51,798 nt of DNA. Origin: Acidimicrobiales bacterium (GTDB taxonomy: Bacteria; Actinomycetota; Acidimicrobiia; Acidimicrobiales; SZUA-35). The notes below the pieces were generated by a model. The model saw only the letters and a program-made list of their open reading frames with translations, did no database searches and was not told where the DNA came from. The DNA lies in contig JBOEHD010000086.1 of the NCBI GenBank assembly GCA_050633745.1, forward strand, positions 8,378 to 60,175. Direction: 5' to 3'. Positions 46,626 through 51,798 of this stretch are shown here, in pieces (positions within the stretch are counted from its first letter, which is position 1; each line of letters starts with the position of its first letter). The position numbers were made by a program, and so were the translations under genes.

Positions 46626-46743
46626 GTAGGAGAGTTTGCGCTCCGAGCTTCTGCTACTCGGCGCCGGCGGCACGAACACACGCCAGACGTTCTAGAGATG
46701 TGATAAGCCAAAGGAATCTCGAACATCGAGTTAGGGAGAGGTC

Positions 46744-47964
46744 ATGTCAAGCAGCTTCAGGGAGTTTGCATCGGCGGCGCTAAGAAAGATCACGCGGGGC
46801 ACGTGGTCAGCCCGATTCATGGCCGCTATCGGTCTTGTACTTGCAGCCGTCAGCGCTCTGGAGCAAGGCCTGCTGTATGTAGACGTCTCTTCGAACGAAG
46901 GCTGGAACCGGTGGAACGGTTGGCTGGCTTTCGCGTTGATGCTCATGCTTCTCGTCGCCTCGGCCTGGTTTGCAGCGGATATGCAACGTCTCAACCGCTG
47001 GTCGTCAGCATCGGCAAACCTCCAGGCCCGGGTGGCGGATATCGAGAGCCTCCACCCAAACATCCTGTTACCAACCATCGAGTCGGTTCATGACCGAGCT
47101 GACGCAAGTAGGCGTGCTGAAAGCCTGCGCGACGCGGTTGCTGTTTTGAGTCCGCGGTACATCAAGAACGATCGCCCACCCACTCTCGCCGAAATCGATC
47201 AGTTGCAAAAAGCAGCGGCCGACATCCTGAGGCAAACGTCGCAGAACCGTGAGCCAATGCATCTGCAAGCCGATGCCGCCGACATTTCCGCAACGTGGCA
47301 ATCGATCGCCGGTCTGCACAGGGCGGCCAGGCAGGCCCGGCATGAACGGCTCGCCTCGCAGTCGCTCATCAGTGCGACCGGCGGGAAAGATACAAACGAG
47401 AACGGCGACCCCCGAACTCGCTGGACCGAACTGGTCACGTTGGCCACGATCCTTATTGGCCTCATCGCTGCCCCAGCATTGGCCGACGAGATCACCGGCG
47501 ACGATAACAACGGACAAGCGCCTCAAAACGCAGATCTTCTCGCCGTCCTGCAGGACATCGACGGATCGCCAGATCCCCTCGCGGAACAAGATTCTGAGGC
47601 CAGGGGCCTTGAACTGCTGAACGAGACCGTCAGCTCGCTAACGGAACAGGTCGGGTCCGTTGCATCGGACCTGAAGGCCATAAACCAGACGAACCCTGAG
47701 GGCCTCGAGACAATCAGGATTGAGCTAACTGTCGACCCGCCCCGGAGCGATCAAGCCGAACAGGAGGACACAGACCTGGAGCCGATCGAGCGCGGCGCGA
47801 CGCTCTGGCGGATCGCTACATCAGCGTGTGATCAGCCTGACGGCACAACGCTTGAGATCGTCGCTGATGTCGTCAGTATCTGGGACGCCAACACCTCACG
47901 GATCGGGGCCGACCCCGACAGCATCAATGCGAACAGCGAGATCATCATCGACTGTGATGACTAG
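46744..47964 (+). CDS. Membrane protein with C-terminal LysM-like domain
   Basis: Two N-terminal TM segments, a third hydrophobic segment near aa 230-250, C-terminal IERGATLWRIA...IWDAN...DPDSI. Confidence 0.7.
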   Translation: MSSSFREFASAALRKITRGTWSARFMAAIGLVLAAVSALEQGLLYVDVSSNEGWNRWNGWLAFALMLMLLVASAWFAADMQRLNRWSSASANLQARVADIESLHPNILLPTIESVHDRADASRRAESLRDAVAVLSPRYIKNDRPPTLAEIDQLQKAAADILRQTSQNREPMHLQADAADISATWQSIAGLHRAARQARHERLASQSLISATGGKDTNENGDPRTRWTELVTLATILIGLIAAPALADEITGDDNNGQAPQNADLLAVLQDIDGSPDPLAEQDSEARGLELLNETVSSLTEQVGSVASDLKAINQTNPEGLETIRIELTVDPPRSDQAEQEDTDLEPIERGATLWRIATSACDQPDGTTLEIVADVVSIWDANTSRIGADPDSINANSEIIIDCDD

Positions 47965-48022
47965 CCTGCTGGATGCTCGACCGCCATGCCAGCCGATGTC
48001 AGTCCGGTCGGACAGTACCCGG

Positions 48023-48397
48023 TCAGCCCATCGCTTTGGCGAAGGTGGCCATGTCGAAGTAGTCACGCCATATTTTGATCTTGCCGCCCTCCATCTCGAA
48101 CACACCGGTGCATGGCAGGTCGACGGCCTTATCGCCTGCTTCGGTGCGATCAAGGCGTTCGGCGATCACAACGTCGCCTGACCCAACGATGTTGATCAGG
48201 TCCCACTGGGTGGCGGTCCAGTCAGCGGTGAATGCTGCGATCATGCCCCGCACGTTGTCGCGGCCGGTTACCGGCCCGACCGGAATGTTGTGGTAGCAAC
48301 CATCCTCGGTGAAGTAACCGGCGAGTTCGTCGGCATCGAGCCGCGACCACGCAGCGATGAAGTCGGTGATGATCGAGACGTTGTCTTTCGTGGCCAT
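48023..48397 (-). CDS. Limonene-1,2-epoxide hydrolase family protein (NTF2-like)
   Basis: YHNIP, ERLD, LPCTGVFE..GGKI..WRDYFD catalytic motifs. Confidence 0.92.
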   Translation of the reverse strand: MATKDNVSIITDFIAAWSRLDADELAGYFTEDGCYHNIPVGPVTGRDNVRGMIAAFTADWTATQWDLINIVGSGDVVIAERLDRTEAGDKAVDLPCTGVFEMEGGKIKIWRDYFDMATFAKAMG

Positions 48398-48412
48398 GGT
48401 GCACATCCTGTC

Positions 48413-49993
48413 TCAGATTGTGGCTGAGGCTCGTAGGGCTTTCTTGTCGATCTTGCCGAACACCGTGGTCGGCAGTTCATCGACAAGAATCACTCGCTTA
48501 GGCACCTTATACTTGGCGAGGTCGACCCGGCATGTCTCGATGACCCGATCGGTGATCGCCTCAGCATCGCCACCACCATCACTGGCAGCGGCGACGACGA
48601 AGGCCACAACCGCTTCGCCCCAATCGGGATGGGGCACGCCAACGACTGCGACCTGCTCCACACCTTCCACTTCGACGATGACGACTTCAACCTCAGAGGT
48701 GTAGACGTTCATGCCGCCGGAGATGATCATGTCGTTCTTGCGGTCGAGTAGGTAGAGGAAACCATCGGCGTCGAGCCGACCAATATCGCCGGTGAACAGC
48801 CAGCCGTCGCGCAGTGTTGTGGCGGTGGCGTCGGGTCGATTGTTGTAGCCGACCATCGTGTAGGGCGTCAGCGCCGTGACCTCACCAATCTCTCCGACCG
48901 GAACCTCTGCACCGTTGTCGTCGACGATTCGCACCTCGGCCATCGCGACCGCCTGACCGCAACTGGCGAGACGGTGCACCCCGGCCGGATCGGTGGTGTG
49001 ATCTTCACGGCGGAGCCGGGTGATGAAGTTCGGGGCCTCAGACTGGGCATAAAGCTGCATAAATACCGGGCCAAATACTTCCAGACCCTGGCGCAAACGG
49101 TCGGCGGTGATTGGGGCCGCGCCGTACAGGATCGTGCGCAGCGAGTGCAGATCGAGATCGCGGCCTTCCGCCGCGTCGAGCACCCGGTAGATCATCGTTG
49201 GGACCATAAACAGGTAGGTGACCCGGTCTTCGGCGATCCGCTGCAGCACCAACTCAGGATCGAACTTGTGCTCAAGGAAGACCGTCGCTCCTCGTAGGAA
49301 GGCGGTCTGCAACAGGAACCCTGCGCTGTGGGGTAGTGGCGACATCAGCAGCAGCCGCTCGTCGTCGAGCATTGCGGTCTCGATGATGTGGGAGCACAGG
49401 TTCAGTGCCAACTGGCGCTGCAGATGCATCACACCCTTTGGCTGACCGGTGGTGCCACCGGTGTAGATGATCAGGCCTAGATCGTCCTCGGTTGGGTCTG
49501 AGTCGGGGATCGTGGTTGGCTTGCCGTCGATGGCATCGTCAATCGGCAGAATCTGGAACCCGTCGGCCATATCGGCTGGCTTTGCCTCATCGACGGTGAT
49601 GATCGTCCGTAGCGCATCGGATCCCGAAGTGACTCTTGAGGCGACTGCGGCATCGATCATGCTGGCACCGACAATTGCCACCGTGGCGCCGCAGTCGGCG
49701 AGACAGTATGAAACCTCTTTCGCCGAGAGCATCTCGGTCAGCGCCACCCGGGCGGCCCCGATCCGGGCGATCGCCTGGTCGGCGATGACGTAGCCCGGGC
49801 CGTTCGGCAGCAGCATGGCTACCGGATGGCCCGGGCCGACGCCCAGTTCGATGAGAAGGTGGCCGAGTTGGTTAGCCCGGTCGGCGATTTCACCGTGGGT
49901 GTACGACCGATCCTCGTGCACTAGCGCCACGGTGCCTGCAAAGCGCTGCGACGCCGAGGTCAGCAGTTGCTTGACCGTGAGGTGGTACGTCAT
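48413..49993 (-). CDS. Acyl-CoA synthetase (AMP-forming, long-chain fatty acid-CoA ligase-like)
   Basis: YTGGTTGQPKG, YAQSE, TGDIG, DRKNDMIISGG.NVY, GKIDK. Confidence 0.94.
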   Translation of the reverse strand: MTYHLTVKQLLTSASQRFAGTVALVHEDRSYTHGEIADRANQLGHLLIELGVGPGHPVAMLLPNGPGYVIADQAIARIGAARVALTEMLSAKEVSYCLADCGATVAIVGASMIDAAVASRVTSGSDALRTIITVDEAKPADMADGFQILPIDDAIDGKPTTIPDSDPTEDDLGLIIYTGGTTGQPKGVMHLQRQLALNLCSHIIETAMLDDERLLLMSPLPHSAGFLLQTAFLRGATVFLEHKFDPELVLQRIAEDRVTYLFMVPTMIYRVLDAAEGRDLDLHSLRTILYGAAPITADRLRQGLEVFGPVFMQLYAQSEAPNFITRLRREDHTTDPAGVHRLASCGQAVAMAEVRIVDDNGAEVPVGEIGEVTALTPYTMVGYNNRPDATATTLRDGWLFTGDIGRLDADGFLYLLDRKNDMIISGGMNVYTSEVEVVIVEVEGVEQVAVVGVPHPDWGEAVVAFVVAAASDGGGDAEAITDRVIETCRVDLAKYKVPKRVILVDELPTTVFGKIDKKALRASATI

Positions 49994-50047
49994 CGGTCAA
50001 TCGATAGAGAGAGCGAAACAGTAGACACCGAGACAGCGACTACAGGA

Positions 50048-50824
50048 TCAGCGGGCGGTGATGCCACCGTCGATGACCAGTTCGGAGCCGGTTACCCAGG
50101 TCGACTCGTCTGAGGCGAGATAGAGCACACCCCAGGCGATGTCCATTGGAATGCCGGGGCGGCCGAGTGGGTGAGCTTCGCCAAGCGCATCGAAGAAGGC
50201 ATCGCGGTCGCCGGTATTGTCGCCTAGGAGCTGGACCATCGGTGTCCAGGTGTAGCTGGGGTGCACCGAGTTGACCCGGATATTGTACCCCTCGCTGGCG
50301 ACGTGCAGCGCCGCCGACTTCGAGAACAGCCGTACCGCACCCTTGGAAGCGTTGTAGGCCGCCAGGTTCTCGATACCGACCAGGCCGGCGATCGACGAGA
50401 TGTTGACGATCGACCCACCCTGCGGATCCTGAGCCTTCATCACCTTGATCGCTGCCCGGGTCCCGAGGAACACCGCTTCGCTGTTGATGGCGTTCACGTG
50501 GCGCCAGCCATCGAGCGTTGTGTCTTCAACGTTGGCGTCGAGCACGACGCCGGCATTGTTGACCACGACGTCTAGCCGACCGTGGCGAGCGACGATGTCG
50601 GAGGTGATCTCATCCCACAGTCCCTCCTGAGTGACGTCCTGGTGGATGTACTCGGCCTTGCCTCCGTCGGCGTTTATCGACGCAGCGAGAGCGGTGCCTT
50701 CCGCGTCGAGCACATCGGTCAGGATGACGGTTGCACCTTCGGTAGCCATCGTTCGACCGGTGGCTTCTCCGAGGCCTCGTGCCCCTCCGGTGATTAGCGC
50801 GATCTTTCCTTCAACTCGTCCCAC
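50048..50824 (-). CDS. SDR oxidoreductase (cyclopentanol dehydrogenase / hydroxysteroid dehydrogenase-like)
   Basis: ITGGARGLG, VNNAG, YNASKGAVRL..KSAAL, IRVNSVHP, IDGG. GTG start after an AAGGGG RBS. Confidence 0.92.
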   Translation of the reverse strand: MGRVEGKIALITGGARGLGEATGRTMATEGATVILTDVLDAEGTALAASINADGGKAEYIHQDVTQEGLWDEITSDIVARHGRLDVVVNNAGVVLDANVEDTTLDGWRHVNAINSEAVFLGTRAAIKVMKAQDPQGGSIVNISSIAGLVGIENLAAYNASKGAVRLFSKSAALHVASEGYNIRVNSVHPSYTWTPMVQLLGDNTGDRDAFFDALGEAHPLGRPGIPMDIAWGVLYLASDESTWVTGSELVIDGGITAR

Positions 50825-51026
50825 AACATTCCCCTTTTGGTCAGATTTCGATGGCGATGGTGCAGACAGTACGAGGCCGAGGCATCGGGGTGACAGTGGT
50901 CTTTGCATCATCGTGACGGTGCATTCGCGTCACTCAGGCATCGATGCAGCGTCGCTACCGTGATTTAGAGTCTGGTCAATAGAGTTCGACCTATCGGGTT
51001 CGCCGCTACGCGAAGGGACCAACCGT

Positions 51027-51434
51027 GTGAAGATCCTGATCGTCGACGATCACGAAGCAACCGTGGCCTTCATGCGTCTGGCATTTGTCGGTGCAGGCCA
51101 CTCCGTCGCCACGGCGTCAAACGTCGATGCCGCGCTGGGTTGCGCCGCTGCGGAAACCCCCGACGTTGTGCTGACCGATCTCACGTTCGGCGACACCGGA
51201 GGCGGGTTAGAACTGGGTCGGGCTTTGCGAGCCGCCGAGGCGACGAGTTACGTCGGACTACTGGCTGTCAGCGGCGCTGATGCCCCTGAGGTACTGCAGG
51301 CAACCGTCGACAGCGGCTTTGACGGGTTCGTACCAAAGCCGGTCGATCTGGCCGCCCTGCTCGAACGTGTCGACCGTCTAGCCGATGTCGTGGCTGAGCG
51401 GCGAGCGGGCAAGGATCAGGTCGATCGCCCGTAG
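51027..51434 (+). CDS. Single-domain response regulator (receiver only)
   Basis: ILIVDD, PDVVLTDL, AVSG, FVPKPVD. Confidence 0.9.
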   Translation: MKILIVDDHEATVAFMRLAFVGAGHSVATASNVDAALGCAAAETPDVVLTDLTFGDTGGGLELGRALRAAEATSYVGLLAVSGADAPEVLQATVDSGFDGFVPKPVDLAALLERVDRLADVVAERRAGKDQVDRP

Positions 51435-51797
51435 CGCTTCTGCTATATCGAGCGGCTTGGTGAACAGCCGGTCGTGGGGCGGAGCGGTCTCGGAAACCGG
51501 CTCGGCGCCAGCGGTCAGAACCACCACCGGGAGATCGGGAGCGACGGCCCGGATATCGCGGAGTAGATCCCAGCCGCAACGATCGGGCAGCCCGATGTCC
51601 AGCAGCACAAGATCGACGTCGCCCACCGCCAGCTGGGCGGCACCGTCAGCAGCGTTTTGTGCGGTACGGAGTTCGATCAGCGGCCTTGATTCAAGCGCCG
51701 ACTGCATAACGCCGACACAGGCTTCGTCGTCTTCGACGTAGAGCAAGATGGCAGCCTGCTGCTCCGCACCGTTGACATGCGGCGACTCGCTCGCCGC
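51378..51797 (-). CDS. C-terminal receiver domain, probably of a hybrid sensor histidine kinase; 5' part outside the window
   Basis: Frame open to the window edge: ...ILLYVEDD, LVLLDIGLPD..G, VVVLTA, FTKPLD. Confidence 0.82.
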   Translation of the reverse strand, partial: AASESPHVNGAEQQAAILLYVEDDEACVGVMQSALESRPLIELRTAQNAADGAAQLAVGDVDLVLLDIGLPDRCGWDLLRDIRAVAPDLPVVVLTAGAEPVSETAPPHDRLFTKPLDIAEALRAIDLILARSPLSHDIG

Positions 51798-51798
51798 T

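Noticed and set aside
1-51798. Prophage, IS element, integron or known anti-phage defence system
   Set aside because: No integrase, transposase, phage structural, nuclease or NTPase defence genes recognised. YtoQ has a nucleoside deoxyribosyltransferase-like fold but no defence context here.

Overview
High-GC bacterial window (roughly 63-65% GC by eye), densely coding, about 47 CDS. The gene content (mycothiol-dependent MDMPI enzyme, F420-dependent LLM oxidoreductase, DUF4214-type surface protein, ECF sigma plus membrane partner, many apparently leaderless genes) points to an Actinomycetota genome, most likely Acidimicrobiia; this is inference. Most of the window is a patchwork of catabolic enzymes: three SDRs, three class III CoA-transferases (one a fused double), amidohydrolases, an amidase, two Fe(II)/2-OG dioxygenases, a flavin monooxygenase, an epoxide hydrolase, an acyl-CoA synthetase and an MlrC-family peptidase. 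A block of large accessory proteins lies at 31-39 kb. I found no rRNA, tRNA, CRISPR array, transposase or integrase. Best leads: (1) a co-oriented pair at 35.2-39.3 kb, made of a signal-less M35/aspzincin-like HEXXH protease with very basic repeat tails and a secreted 836-aa protein with an unassigned multi-histidine domain; (2) an LvaA+LvaB-like kinase fusion without an LvaC partner; (3) an SdpA-like dioxygenase behind a fused, probably half-inactive CoA-transferase; (4) a C-type lectin/Ca-repeat/DUF4214 surface protein; (5) a perfect 15-bp palindrome over the MarR-GNAT promoter; (6) frequent short tandem duplications at gene boundaries. All family calls come from motif recognition by eye, not from database searches.
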